A stretch of DNA of 64,000 nt from Marsupella aquatica (Eukaryota > Plantae > Marchantiophyta), in the NCBI GenBank assembly GCA_973895155.1, contig OZ316898.1:3348480-3412479 (forward strand), given 5' to 3'. The notes below the pieces were generated by a model, which was not told where the DNA came from, did no database searches, and saw nothing but the letters and a program-made list of their open reading frames with translations. Below are positions 1 through 13,619 of this stretch, in pieces. Each line of letters begins with the position of its first letter. The first letter of the stretch is position 1. Made by a program: the position numbers and the translations under genes.

Positions 1-1124
1 TGCAGAATGTTGTGAAGATTCAATATAAAAAAGGAAGATTCTCTCTCCATTGGCCAATTTTTCTATCTAACTAAGAGGGTTAGTCGCCAGATCTAACAAT
101 TCTCCTTTAAATCTAGGGAATTGAGTAGAGTTACACATAAAAGCACCGGGTGGAAAGATGGGTGGACACTGTGCTTCAGCCCTAGAAACTCATAACAGTA
201 AATTCTAGACATGGATAACCTTACCAAAATCCCCCTATAGATACTTCTGCAAACTTCCTGATGCCAATCCTGCCTGATACATCCAATTTGAAACCATTTT
301 AATTCAAGTACCATCCTCTTTCTAATTAGACCTGAACCCTGCCTGATACATTCAGTTCAAAGCCTCTCTAATTTGAGTACAGTTCTCCTTAAATTCAGTA
401 GAACCGTCTTCATTTGGTGAATTTGAATTTGATATCTCAAACCTCTCTAATTAAAGCAAAAAGAGGTAGCTGGTGGCAAGCACATTTGAGAAGCAAAGAG
501 ATATAAATCTCTACTCTAATTGATTGAAAGGCTTGTAGCCTGGTTTGCACTAGCTTGTCCGACAAATGAGGGGTCTGGACCCCGACATCCGACATGTGTC
601 ACACCTGGTTGTCCTGGCCCGACCCCGGCCTGTCCCGACTGGCCAGGGAATGTAGGCGAATATGCAACTTACATTTGACCCCTTTTGGAGCCAACAAATG
701 ACAAGTTGTTGTGCCGGACAACACGACAACGTGTCCTTCACTTCAAACGGGGGCTTGTAGAGCAGATTATTGGCTCTCTGGTTTGACAGAGAAGTCAGCA
801 AGCAAGCATTAATCAGATCTGGCAAACCAGAGCTGAAAGGGCCACTACAAGTCCCCTTCAATCAAAAACAACCCATCACCCTAAACTTCAAGCTGGAATG
901 TAATCTGTTTCTGGAAATTAAGAGGTGTCAGTCCAGTCATTCTTGTAAAATCCCACTCTGTCCTCTCTTGGTCCTTCTATCCTTGTGCTTGATCAATGGC
1001 CTCTGATCTACTCCTACTGATAGTTGATGATCTTCAAAGCTCCCCCTTCTGTTCACTCTAGCTTGGTCATGGTCATCCGGCATGCACTCTTTCACTCAGA
1101 AGTTTATCTTATAGATCCGCTACT

Positions 1125-1461
1125 TGTTGAGAAAACCTGGCGTCACACACATGAGAGAAACCAGCTAGGCTCATCAACACGAGAGCTACGTGGTTCACCT
1201 TGGCCAAAGGTACATTCATGGAATGCAAGTCAGAGCTTTATTAAGCTTTGGTTACCATAGTCACACGAAGCCTCCTTGTACAAGCCCTAAGCCTACTAGT
1301 TACTCTAGGCTTGCTCCTCCAACAATAAGCATGTGTCTCAATGAGGAGCACTTCCTTGCCCCCCTATATGCTAGGCACACTAGTCGTGTCTAACCTCCAT
1401 TAAGACCATAATCATGATTAGTCTAAGTGCAATTAACCCAAGACTATAGTTAACCCTAACA
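1125..1461. mobile_element. Older solo LTR (TGTTGAG...CTAACA), related to the 344-bp solo-LTR family
   Basis: TG...CA termini with TGTT/AACA end repeats; flanks CTACT / GTACT (4/5 TSD); shares GAGAG(C/A)TACGTGGTTCACCT and AGAGCTTTA with the copies at 5424, 41549 and 42752. Confidence 0.7.
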
Positions 1462-1521
1462 GTACTCAGTACTCAGATTATTCAACCCTAACTAAAGCAC
1501 TCAGGGGAGGGCAAAAGTGAG

Positions 1522-1674
1522 AGGGATTTGCTCGATGGGACCCCTGAAATTTGTTACTTGATAGGACCCCTGAAATTTTGGGGACATTGATTCAAGGTAA
1601 ATCAACGGTCTGGATCACTCAGGGCTCCTTTCGAGTAATACATTTCATTTTAGGGTCCCATGAAGCAAATCCCT
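1522..1674. mobile_element. MITE with ~22-bp terminal inverted repeats
   Basis: AGGGATTTGCTCGATGGGACCC at left vs GGGTCCCATGAAGCAAATCCCT at right; internal ATCAACGGTCTGGATCACT is the near reverse complement of a motif in the MITE at 33877. Confidence 0.7.
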
Positions 1675-1929
1675 TGCAAAAACGAGTTTCACAATGTATT
1701 TGTTGCCCGGGGAGTTGATGGGGACCTAAAACTAACTAACTCTGTATCATGCACCTAATCCATCATGAGTCAGGGGCAGGGGCCAGTTTTCCAGCCCGTT
1801 TTCCAGTCATGCAAAACTCTATTATGTCAAACCTATCACACAAAAATAATTCCTCCTATCATACAAAACACTTCCCCAAACCCGGTTTGACCTTGCCTGT
1901 CAAACTGGCGAAAAAACTCTGTCAAAACC

Positions 1930-2460
1930 TCCCAACCTCAAACCCGACCCAAAACCAAACTCCCGACCCCGAACTCCTGACCTTCAACCCTGGACCCCGC
2001 TCCCAACCCCCAATCCTGAACCCCGCCCAGGCGCCCACAGTCCTCCGGCAGCCAACCTCCGAACCCTGCCCGCAGTCCCGGCCCCGGCCCCGGCCCCCAA
2101 ACCCGGCTCCCACCCCCGACCCCCGAACTCTCTCCCGAACTCGGCTTTCCCCGGCTCCCCGAACTTGACTCTCCCCTTATCGACTCCCCTCCCGAACTCA
2201 TCCTTGGAAGGAGGGAGTTTCCTCCTGAGCCCCTCTCGGGAGTTCTCGGTACTCCCAAACCCCAAACTCTGCCTCTCCCGAACCCCAACTCTGAATCCCG
2301 ACTCCGCCCCTCCCAAACCCCTCCCGACCGGCTCCAACCCAGCCCGGCCCGAACCGCAAACTGGGGGGCCGGCTGGGGGAGTCCGGGGGAGCCTGGGACC
2401 GGGCCGGGAGGGGTTCGAGGGAGCCCAGGACTGGGTCGGGATGGAGTTCGGGAAAGGCCA
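1930..2460. repeat. GC-rich, C-skewed low-complexity tract (CCCGAA/CCCGAC/CCCGG motifs)
   Basis: Recurrent short C-rich motifs; overlapping Pro/Gly-rich ORFs in several frames with no recognisable domain. Confidence 0.55.
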
Positions 2461-2537
2461 GGGAATAACTCAGAATATGCGTCAAATGGGTCATTTTGGG
2501 ACTTTCATTTGATGGTTTTACGTGCCCGACAAAGCGT

Positions 2538-2638
2538 CAAGTTGCCTCTCAAGTTAAACCTGGAACCTGGTCCCTAAAGGAGCCAAGTTGCCTCTCAAGT
2601 TAAACCTGGAACCTGGTCCCCAAAGGAGCCAAGTTGCC
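2538..2638 (+). repeat. 46-bp tandem repeat, ~2.2 copies
   Basis: CAAGTTGCCTCTCAAGTTAAACCTGGAACCTGGTCCC(T/C)AAAGGAGC at 2538 and 2584, partial copy at 2630. Confidence 0.9.
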
Positions 2639-4461
2639 ATAACCAGCATATTAATCTTTGGAGCATTCTGCAATTTTTGTCTGGTAAGACTCTGAACAAT
2701 TTAATCATATTTTAACGAAATCTATAAATGACAGCGAACGGTAGAATATAGCCGACAGTCGACCCGAGCTCGAATCTCGCTACGTCATGTCTCCGAGAAA
2801 GAGGCCTCGCCACTACGGAGGGGTTGAGGCCTAATGGGGACATGTGGGACAGGCGAGTATTAATAATAGTTTATTTTCCATCCGCTACTCAGCAGCAGCC
2901 GAGCGAACAGAATTCGAGGGCGAGCGAGCGAACGAACCGGGTTCCGTGCAGCCGGGTGCGGGGCAGAGCAGGGGGCAGGAGCAACGCAGGGCGGCGTTAC
3001 TCTCCTGTACTGACTGTACTGTACTGCGACTGCAGTGGCGTCATCGGATATTCGAATGTCCGAGGACAGAGGCGAGGACGGAATCTCTCTAGGGATAATA
3101 CCTTGTGAGATGCGGGATTGGTGGAGGGCGTGTGTTTAGGGTACTCACGGCCGGGATTGCGATCGGGCCCAGGGGCGTACGGGAGGGCTACACACGTACG
3201 GTGGAAAAATGGTATCCACTTCTGGGATTTCTTAATTACGCACGTGCTATTTCATGATTGGACTCTAACTCTTCGAAGTACTGTCCCTGGTGCTGAATTT
3301 ATTCATTTATTGGTTATTGGTCAGCTTGGTCGGCTCCGTGTGGTGGTACCGGACCTCCGGGGAGAGTGCAGGCGGACAGTCCGACGGAGGATTCGAACCC
3401 TTGACCTACTAAGACAGCGAGCCCTCGATGAGTGCACAGTTTATATAAGTGTAAACTGGCCTGGTTTATTCGGGGGTGGGTCCCTGTTTTTCACCGACCA
3501 TTTCGCAAGTTTTGTGCATTTTTTTACGTGCATGGAAAAGAGAAGAAAAACAATTGCAGGGGACTCACTAAAAGACAGATTCATACGTGCAAACCCTCTG
3601 TAAGTATATATATATATATATATTCTTACCCATAGGATGCTTAAAACTTATAAGAAACTCTAATAGACAAGTATTTACAAATTTCCTGTAGTGTATTATT
3701 ATGTTACAATCTTAGAGTTCTGACAGGGTTCTTTAGTATATAATAGTGCCATGTTAAAAGGGCATTATAAAACCATAACCCTTAAATCTTCCTTTTGTAA
3801 TAACTCGAGTCTAGTTTTAATTTGCCAGGGCTTTGGACTTGAAGAATGGGTGCTCAATTTGAATAGAGAGAGCCCTGGCTGGGCACTGTGTTCAAGTTTC
3901 AAAGAGGATATTTGATTTTTGAAGGTCATGACACAGTGCTTGAGAACTAGACATTATGCTTTAAAATTGAATGCTTCAAATTCTGGCTATGGTGGTTGTC
4001 TGTACCTTTTGTTGGCTCGAGTTAAGCATGTCCAAATTGAAGGCCATTGATTGAGCACAGAAGCTACATTGAAGCCCAAATTGAAGTTGTGTTTAATTAG
4101 TTCATGGACTTATCAACTTAGGGTTCGTTTGAATTAGGGCCATCAAAACTTGGTTTGTTCCTATTTCCTAAATATCCAACTAATCCAAGCTCATCTACTG
4201 AAAATACGGCAATCTCCAATGCTAAATGCCAGGCTCCATTTTGCAAAGTGCAATGTCAGATTCTCTATCACAATCGATAGAAGACCATTACTTTGCATTA
4301 CACACCGATAATCATTTTCCTTGTACATTCTGCTCACGAGAATTGTAACTCCAAAGTGGTCAGCCCTCACTTCCACATTTCCAACCCATCTATATACACA
4401 CAACTCTCTAAATTATTCTAACTCCATATACAATATTCTACATACAAAGCCAATACCAGAG

Positions 4462-4654
4462 TTGCACTTCTGTGGGTTTGCCGATTCAATTAGGGCTAGT
4501 TTCCCAGTAAAAGTGCTTTACATAATAGGTCTCCAACAATCACTTCAAATAGTTTGCAACTCTGGATTTGAAGTGATTGTTGGAGACCTATTATGTAAAG
4601 CACTTTTACTGGGAAACTAGCCCTAATTGAATCGGCAAACCCACAGAAGTGCAA
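4462..4654. repeat. Perfect 89-bp inverted repeat with 15-nt loop
   Basis: 4462-4550 is the reverse complement of 4566-4654. Confidence 0.9.
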
Positions 4655-5423
4655 TGCTTCCCAGCCAGCAAAACCATTTCCTAACCAAGTAGCTTGTTTT
4701 AATCACTTCTTGAGCCTTGCTCAATTCCATGAGTGAACTAAGTCCTTCTTGTCTAAATAAGATCATAAATTCCAAATTGGATTCATAGATCTTTGTAAAT
4801 CTATAATTATACACTGAAGGTACCAGGCTGGTGGAACGTCTATGACAGGGGATGAAGAGGGATCAAGAAAACTTTATTCAAGTCTTCTGCTTCTCAATGA
4901 ATTTCCAGATTAGGGCCAGATCTATCACTCTTTGCCCAAGAGCTTTGTGAGTCTACAATTATAATTCCCCTGCCAAAAATTATAAATTGCATCACCTAGA
5001 GACTAGATCCCAGCCATAATCACTCTTCAAATAACTTCATCATATGCTGACTCCAAGCCATGAACGTCATTTGATTCGAAAGTGCTGAAGAAGCTTGATA
5101 AAGTGAAACCTGTGAATCTCACATCAGATGGCAAACCTCTCCTTTCATTATCATGACTATCTCATAAAATTGACCTTAATTGTTCTAAACCACAAGACAA
5201 ATGACATGAATTGTACAGATCCCAAGATCCGGAGGCTACTGCTGACCAAATTGCAAATAGATAATTGCTTTTCTTCTACTAATAATTGTCTATATTGTAT
5301 GAGGGAGACATGGAAGGATAGTATCTGGATTAATATCCTACTAAGGATGAGTAGATTTGTTACCGCTAAATGAAACTTAGACTAAATCCTATCTATTCCA
5401 TGGCATGCCTTCCTACTAGATGG

Positions 5424-5768
5424 TGTTGAGCATCGAAGACAATCGCAACGGCACGCCCATGAACCATCCAACGCACAAGAGTCGATAGAGAGAGATACGT
5501 GGTTCACCTCCATATGAGACTACGTCCACGGGAACACACAAGAGCTTTACTGCACTCTAGGCTGACCGGCCATACCAAGCATCCACAGCACAAGCTCTCT
5601 CTATCTCTCAACTAGCTCCGTAAGAATGAGCCTGAGTTCCACCTCTCCAAGAAAACACCGCTTGGTTATAGAGTGTGCACAGCATGACTAATCTAACCAA
5701 GTCTGCAACTAAGGTTAGCCTTAACTACGGTACAGTCGTAACTTTAGACCTAAGAGTAAATCCTAACA
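5424..5768. mobile_element. Solo LTR with 5-bp TSD GATGG
   Basis: TGTTGAGCAT...CCTAACA flanked on both sides by GATGG; first ~220 bp highly similar to 41549-41892. Confidence 0.9.
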
Positions 5769-8700
5769 GATGGCTGCCTCCGTTGTCACTACTCTGACCA
5801 TGAGATTTTTTGAAAGCAGAAGTTTCTCAAAATCTAGTCCTGAAAAATTTCTTGGATAGCCATCGCCATCCTGATTGTATCCCTGAAAATGGCTCCCAAA
5901 ATGGACTTCAAACGCTTGAGATATGGTTTACCGAGTTCAAAGTTCTACGTCGACCACCGTCACCCGAATTTCGTCCGTCCGGCCACAGCTGCCCCCCAAG
6001 AAATTATAGGAGAGACCCCTGGCCATGGCCTCATGCCCGGATTTGGCCAGGGTCACTCACCTAGCTGTTGTACAGACGTCCTTATGGTGCCAAACCTAAA
6101 AAAATCACTCAAAACTCTTTGGTTTGTATCTCATTTGGCCTAACTCTGTTAGGGGCGTGTCTTACCTTGATGGATTCAGCTTGATGAGTTCTTTCCACCA
6201 AGCGTATAAACTCTTGATTCTGAGATGGTAAAAAATATGACCTGAATATGACCTGATAATAAAAATTTTGACCTGATTAAAATATTAAACCTGAGTATTG
6301 TGCGTTGCACATCTCCCAGATTTGTCTTATTATGTTTTCTTGTAATTCAATTTATCTTTTAACTTTGAAGGGATGCATCCCTTGTAGTTATTGGAGTTTA
6401 TTTTAATTTTTGTACCCAGTTAGCCGTCAATGTCCTTAAATGAGATGATTATTGCTAAGGGAATTATTAATCATATCATGAATGTTGAATATTTTGGTAA
6501 AAGCGGCCCCGCTGAGATTTAATCTTGGATTGTAACACTACTCTGGTACCAACTCACAGTGCTACCAATAGACTACACGTCTATTTGGCATTCTAAGGAG
6601 GAAATAAGGTATAAACAGCTCTTATGAAAACCTATAGTAGCTCACCAGCCCTATATTGGAAGGGATCAAATACTAGGAGAGTTTTCTAACATTAAAATAT
6701 ATCCTGGCAAGGTCTACTTTGCGGAGGTTAGAGAATATTTTGAAGGACTCAAAAATCAATTAGTTTTTAAGTTTCGTTATTCTGTTGTTTAAGATGTTAT
6801 TAGGTGTGTTTGTGCGTATAATAAATTAAAATTATGCCGGTGAGACAAGAGAAAGATAGAAAAGGACGGGAATGGAAACTTTATTGGGTCTCCTGCCTTT
6901 GGGATAGGGTCCTCCCCGTTAGGAGCCTTTTCTTTTTTGGCAGTGTGATATAAATGGAATGGCCCCTCCAACCAGTCATGGAAAGCCAAAACCCAGAAAC
7001 TAGATGAGTGACTCTAACCACATTGGAAAGGACAAGGAAAGCTAAATTGGCTTTTGCCCCCACCTTGAATTGTTGTAACTGACATTGCAAATGGCCTCTG
7101 AGAATGTCGTTGAGGCCACACCCAATCGGTGGCGAGAATGTACATGAAAAGGCTGATAGCCCCCCTAACCTAGATATGACCAACCCATAGTCTGACATTT
7201 TTATTCATTTTTTATTCTAAAAGAGGGTAAGTGGATGGTGTTAAAAGTTGGATAAAAGTGAAGATTCTTAGCATACCTCTTGGGAATGTTGGATGGATCT
7301 ACACTCAGGGTTGATTTCCTTTCTGTTTATGGTTTTGTTTTTCTGCCAAAAGGTGAGGCACACGGTTGATTTCCTGCCCTCCTCGTCCATGGCTTTTCCC
7401 TTTTACACCATAATCTAAAATAAGCCTTTGAAGAATTAGGAAGCCAGGTTCGACTCTTTGAATCTTTGACGTCATTAGTTACAATCTAGAACAAGAAGGT
7501 AGCTACGATAGCCTCTCCACGAATTTACGAGAAAGCAAGCCAAACCTGGATTAATCGGATACAAATTTTTGTTGTTAAAAAAACTTTCATGGGGAAATAT
7601 ACACCTCCAATGGAAAAAATGGGAATATCTCACAAAACACTCACTCAGTTGTTGCACTGTAAAACTACAACACTCCTTCATATGAGGGTGCCACATGGAG
7701 CCCAATGATTGCCACACCAGCATAGTGACTAGAGGTAGTGGGAAGGCTATTGGTCTGAGAACTTGGTACTATAAGACCCACAGTCCAAGGTATATGTTAT
7801 ATTCCAAATGTATGAATTTCTGGACTTGAAAGTTAAATATTTAGCTTGAAAGCCAACAAGAATGCCCTGCACCCCTACTATGCAATGGACTGGGTACCCC
7901 CTAGTGTGGACTGGAGTGTGGACCTGGCTGGGGGTGTATGCAAGGGAAAAGTATACTCCCTACTACAGTATTTGTATGCCCCTGACTTGATCCTTGTAAA
8001 AACCATAATCTTATTGGCTCAAACATTCTGACAGCACATCTGTACTCCTCAATCCCTGCCCATAGAACCCAAAACATATGCTCATGATGGGCTCACAAGA
8101 TGAAAGATCTGAGTAAAGTAATACCTATTAATGTGGAAACCCATGCAAGTCAGCAACTTACAATGACATGCTCATAGAAAATGATGGATGGCCCACGTTT
8201 GAACTCTCAACTTCTCAGTAGTAGGCAAGCTGTTCAATGCTCATATAAGCAACAAGATGGTGACCAGGACCTGATCAAGCCATCTGGGGTACCTGGAGGT
8301 AGTGTAGTAAGTTAAATGACCGAAGGAAACATCACCTGAAAATAATGTGCCCTGAAAGCAAAGAGCTTTCAACATCACCATGACTCCAAAGTTCCATCCT
8401 GATCCAGTAGTTGTTGACTCCTAGCCCATTCCTTGAGCCTCACCCTTTGTACCAAGCTCTATAGAAAGATTAATCCAACCTATGGGAAAGGGAAGGGGCT
8501 AGGTGTCTCGTTCCTATCTCCTCTAGCTATGAGCCCCATCCCTTGGTGTATAGTAAAGCCCTCTTATGAGCATTGGCCTGAATAAAGTTCTAAGACAGGC
8601 CCACTCAAGTGAGGTGCTTTTGGGGGGACATTTTCATCAAGCTTTAGGGTGTTTGGAGCCAGTCTCAGATTTTTCTTATTTCTAGAATGTGTGGAAGTTG

Positions 8701-9479
8701 AAAACCTGAAGTTGCATTGATACCGGTGGAAAGCAAGATAGAGGGGTACCAAAGGAGGCAATAAGGACCAAGGACTACCCCTTCAGGCCAAGGATGTTAA
8801 GGACTCTTGTGTGGCCAGGATTGCACCATCTCCCACCTACTAACTTGGACTCTTGTACATCATGATTCTTTAGCACTAAGCGTCACTTAAGGTTGGGGTT
8901 TATGAGCGTAAGCCGTAACTTTTGTCCTGAAGTGGATAGGACACCTCGACCTACGCATCCTTTAGACTGTGTTTTGAAATTTAAACAAGGTCATTAAATG
9001 GAAAGGCGAGCGAAGGATGCGGTGGCGCCGTGTGGGTTGCTTTCATGTCCTTCACACATCATTTCAGTCTCCGTATCTCCCGGCTTCTCATGTGGTCCTT
9101 TGTGCGTGTTGGTGAAGCTAAGTTGTTTTGCCTCCTTTTGGCTACAGTTCATGTCTCTACGCACGCGCCCTCACATTGAGCTTGATGTGTACACTTTGAG
9201 TTCCGGTCGACATTCCCTGTGCCATTTGACAATTTTGTATCAACTGAGGCTCAAAGAGATTGGAGGCAAGGCGAGGCAAGTCGAGGCGAGGCGATCGTGC
9301 TGTGGTAGAAGTTGGCCGCTCATATCAAGCTGACTGATTTGAGTCTGTCAAAGTGAGTGCGCCTATTCAAATTTCTCAAGCTTCCATTCAATTCATAGTT
9401 TCCTGTAGCTTGAACTACTCTAGCTCTTTTATTTTGTTGGACTGACATTGCATTTGTATGTGTCCTCGGGACAGTTACG

Positions 9480-12007
9480 ATGGGTGGTGTTGCTCCCTTG
9501 AAACTCAATGGAGTTACGAAAACTCTTCAAATTGCCATAGAACCTGTAGAGGCGCCGCCGCAGGAAGCAAACTTAGCTGTAGTTGGTGGGGGTGGCACGG
9601 AAGCCGCTCTGGTAGAACTGCATACTGCGAGAGCTACCTCAACTCGCAAGATAGCCGAGAAGAGTGTGCATGATTGGAACCCTGCAGAATTCCAACGAGA
9701 CCCAGCTTATTTTGCCAAGGAATGTGGACTCCCTAATGTCGGTGAAAATCCCTCTAAGATAAATGACGTAAGTGATGATGCCTTGTCTGCTTGTTTTGGA
9801 GAGAAAACACGGAATGGTTAGAGGTTAAATAGCTCAGTGATGATCCCCATTGCAGACTTGTTGCATTTGTCTCAAGTTGTGGATGGGTATGATAAACCAG
9901 TGAATGGTATTCTGGTTCATTCCTTTGTGAAAGGTGCTTACGCTGAGTATGTTCTCCATCAGAAAGTAAATTGGGCCGCATATGCATCATCCAAGCTAAA
10001 GGGACAGATTATCCAATGGGAAAGAGAGAAAAAGGTAGGCCTGATGGGCCTCCTTGTGTTAGGAAGCCTCGTTTCTTCAAACGTACTGTGGTGATAGAGT
10101 GTGAGCCACAGACTCAGAAGGAATCTGAAATTGTGAAGCCAAAATCCACGGAAGCAGATGTCTCTAACTTTTGGGATAATGCAGCAGCGGGTGCAGCCGT
10201 TGACAATATTGGGGAGGTTGGATTAGTCAATGCGGTATGTACAGCCATCATACCACACAAAATGTGTGATATCCCAAAGGTTCCCACTATGCCGAAGGGG
10301 CCCATTCAATTCCTCAAACTGAGCCTACTGGACTCATGCTATCGATGCTTGACTCAGCATTGTTGTCGACAAGGAGCCAGAAACGAGAGGCTATGTTGGA
10401 TGCTGCAAAGATTGCAGCGAGTTTGAAGCTGCTAGAGGCAGCTGAACAAGATCATCCAACAACCACGGCAAAGCTAAAGAACCAGTTGAAGTCTATGGAG
10501 TTGGATCTGGTTCAATTGCGCGAGGGGGCAGAGTCTGCAGACAAAGAAGTTGACGACAAAGAAGTTGAGATGGAGGCAAACAGGGAAGACGAGGTTTTAG
10601 GCGTTGCAAATGAGGTATATTCACACCTGATTTGCATTGAATCGTAGTTTTTTGGTAGTGCATTGGACATTTAATCATGCGGGAACATTGTAACAAGTCC
10701 CTTATCTAGTATTGAGCATTGGATCCAGTCTTACTATAGCTCATTGTTTACCATGATTGCAAGGTACAGATTACATACAAGCGGCAGAAGCGGATACAGA
10801 CGGAAAGACAGAAAATTCTGGAGTCAAAGTTGTGCCAAGATACCATTGACCAGGATATGGTGAAGGTGAATGACCTCAATGCGGCCAACCTGAAACGGTT
10901 TCAATCATTGTCAACGATGGTGGTCTGATTGAAAAAACTGGCAGCAGCAATGGAGGTAGACCTGAAGCAACTTGACTTGACAGAGGCCGCGCAAAAGTCT
11001 GAGTACTCAACTCTGGAGAGGACACTGCGTTATCCGTGTCCACTCTTGAGGCCCACCTTTGTTCCAACATTGACTCGTGTAGTGGCAAGCCAAATTTCAG
11101 TATCTAGTTGTCCAGTTTGTTGCAATGGGTATCATTGTTACAATTGGATGCCAGCATTGTGCGGGCACACCTATCATCCGAGCTGTTTGTTTTCTTTGAT
11201 TGGTGGTTCGGACGGTGCTCCTAAGTGTTTGGCTTGTCGGGTCGTGTTCTCTGATGATTGGCTACAAACATGGGGCTTACCCACGCATGGGGAACAGAGG
11301 CGAGTAACTTACATAGACCACATGAAAGCAATCTACTACGGGAAGCAGAGCATTGATCTTCTCAAAAGCCCGCTCAAAAGAAGAAAGCTTGTAGAGCAAA
11401 TCCAATGTGTGCAAGAAAGGGTATGTACATTTGGACGAGTGATGCATGATAAATTCATGCACGGAACTTAAATATGTATGCGCTTAGTTTATTGTTTGTC
11501 TGCTATTTTCTACACTAATTTCATGGTATCGATCTAAGTTAGACTAGATGTACAGATTTTCCAATAAATTTTGCTGATTCTCAAGTTTCGTTGTTTGCGT
11601 GCATTCAGGCAAACGTCCATGCTGAAGGTGAAATGGTTGTAAGTGCTTTGGAGGCGGCTCCAATGATACTCAAACTGGGAGACAAATTAGGGGAACATGG
11701 TAACAAAGAAGCCTCCAAAGGGAGGCTTCTGACACCCAATATTGAGGGAGGGGAATCGGGGAAAAGAACAAGGGTTGTGGAATCATCGAGGAAGGTGCTA
11801 AGTACACCTTTGAGGAGTCCAGAGCTACACACAATGCCCTTTAGCCCAGAGTCCCTTTCTCAGGTTTCCCTCATAGATGTGTTAGAGCTCGTTGACCAGG
11901 ATGTCATTGTCTGTGGACATCCCAACCCACAATGTGTCCATTCGGAAATTGTTCTTAAATCCTCTGCACCAAGAGCCAGGTCCAGAAAGAGATTGCGGCT
12001 TCCTTGA
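9480..12007 (+). pseudogene. Disrupted multi-exon, probably TE-associated gene with coiled-coil region and RING-H2 finger
   Basis: Consecutive ORF pieces 9480-9821, 9837-10094, 9971-10426, 10336-10647, 10929-11471, 11591-12007; C-x2-C...CGHTYHPSC...C-x2-C (C3H2C3) in 10929-11471; stops and frame changes between pieces. Confidence 0.55.
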
Positions 12008-12292
12008 ACATGGCGTTGCAAGCTAACAATGGCCCATTTTGATTGGTGTGAATTTCTTTATCCATGATGCAACACTCCTTGCAGCAAGAAATGTGTCATA
12101 TTATAAGTAGTTGGTGTTTAATAATAACTTCTGTTTGTTGTTGTTTTGTGTTGCAGTCAACTCGTGGCCGGCGCAATACACTTTTCTAAATGGCTGATCG
12201 AGGTGGAAAGGTAACACATGGACCGTCCACTTTTTTGGATACATTGATTGTGGACTGCTAGACTTTTTTGGATACATTGATTTTTGGTTGAA

Positions 12293-12790
12293 TGCTAGAC
12301 TCCAAGGGCGTCATTCTTCAACAAGGACTGACAATTCTTGTAGAAGGACTTCAGTCATTGGGGAAGTACTCATAGTCCTCTGCCAAGGAGTCATGGTCCT
12401 TTCAAAGGACCCATCTCAAGGAGCGTCCAAGGACTCCCCTCCTTCCCGAGGACTTCTACTTTGGCTCTAGTCCTACTCCAAGGACTTAAAGTCCTTATCA
12501 AGCAACTTGCCATCCTTATTGAAGGACTCCCAGTCCTTGTCAAAGGACTCCCAGTCCTTGTCAAAGGACTCTCAGTCCTCATATACAGTCCTTATACAAG
12601 GACTTTCAGTCCAACTCGAAGGACTTCCAGTCCGCTTCCAATCACTTTTGGTCATTCTCCAATGATTTGCAATCCTACTCTAGGGACTTACAGTGCTCTT
12701 CTTCAAGGGCTCCTGTCCTCCAAGGACTCTGAGTCTTGCTCCAAGTCCTTCTCCAAGAACTGGTCGACTCCAGTCGGACCTTTGCAACGA
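12293..12790. repeat. Degenerate array of AAGGACT-N3-AGTCCTT mini-palindromic units (~21-bp period)
   Basis: e.g. GAAGGACTCCCAGTCCTTGTCAAAGGACTCCCAGTCCTTGTCAAAGGACTCTCAGTCCT near 12521-12580. Confidence 0.8.
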
Positions 12791-12957
12791 GTCAAGATCC
12801 TAAATCAGCCCGTGCTTTCTGCCATTCTGCCTTTAGATATGTCACATGTTCAGTAGTTTGCCATTCTGCCACGCAGTGTGTATCATTATTTTGCCATACT
12901 ACTACTCGTTATGATCTGTATCCATTTTCCTACGATCCTTGTGTTGTTTCTTCCCAA

Positions 12958-13410
12958 ATGGACAAGGAAGGCTCTTTTTGCATTCTCAACAAAGTCAAGA
13001 TTGAGAATATGTGGGGACTATGTGCTGGACAGTATGTGTACAAAGGTTGTGGTGTGTTGCTGAAGGATGGTCGGCCTTGTACATTGGGAAAGCACAAACG
13101 CCGACTGATGAGGTAGAATCTGGAGTCTCCACTTGGTCCTCATTCTCGCAGTCGAGTGGAGCATGCGTGTTGTGAAGATGGGAACGTACATGTATTGTTT
13201 GCTATCCAGGTTGATGATCATGTGATCCAGGTTAATGAAGCTAATGGGTTGGAGTTGATGGGAATATCAGGACAGTCCTTCAAGGAGTCCTACAACGGCA
13301 ATGAGCAGAAGAAAAAAGAAATTTGCGAACAGGTAATGAGTCACGCATGGACCATCACCTATGTGAAGGATGACTCTAGAGAAAAGCACCAAGTTGTAAG
13401 ATTTGAATAG
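12958..13410 (+). pseudogene. RPA1 C-terminal OB-fold-like (ssDNA-binding) ORF with an internal stop
   Basis: YVYKGC...C...HVLFAIQVDD...NEANGLELMGISGQSF resembles the Rep_fac-A_C pattern (Y.AC...C...L...V.D...E.MG.S); TAG at ~13114 interrupts the frame. Confidence 0.4.
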
Positions 13411-13619
13411 TGCCCATCGGAAGCGGTTGCTGGAATAGAGGACTTGAAGCCAAAGCCAATGTGGATGAAACTATATGAGGATTTTTCAGCTGATATAGTG
13501 GACACTTTGAAGTCATTTTGCATCTCAAAGACTTAGAAATTCACGTTAAATAGTAGAAGGCAAGCAGATCTTGTACAGACATGATCTGCTTGTAAAGCGG
13601 ATGTAGATGGTGTCATTTT

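Noticed and set aside
1749-2512. Several overlapping Pro/Gly-rich ORFs
   Set aside because: Explained by GC-rich low-complexity sequence; no domain or splice structure
3380-3440. Pol III B-box-like GGTTCGAATCC on the minus strand (weaker tRNA-like traces near 6500-6580 and 8190-8240)
   Set aside because: No cloverleaf or convincing A-box; at most decayed SINE remnants
3118-3603. 161-aa ORF in a CpG-rich region
   Set aside because: Non-ATG start, no recognisable motif, no supporting exon structure
12293-12790. CRISPR-like appearance of palindromic repeat units with variable linkers (also 15985-16480)
   Set aside because: Units are degenerate, linkers are only a few bp, there are no cas genes and the context is eukaryotic
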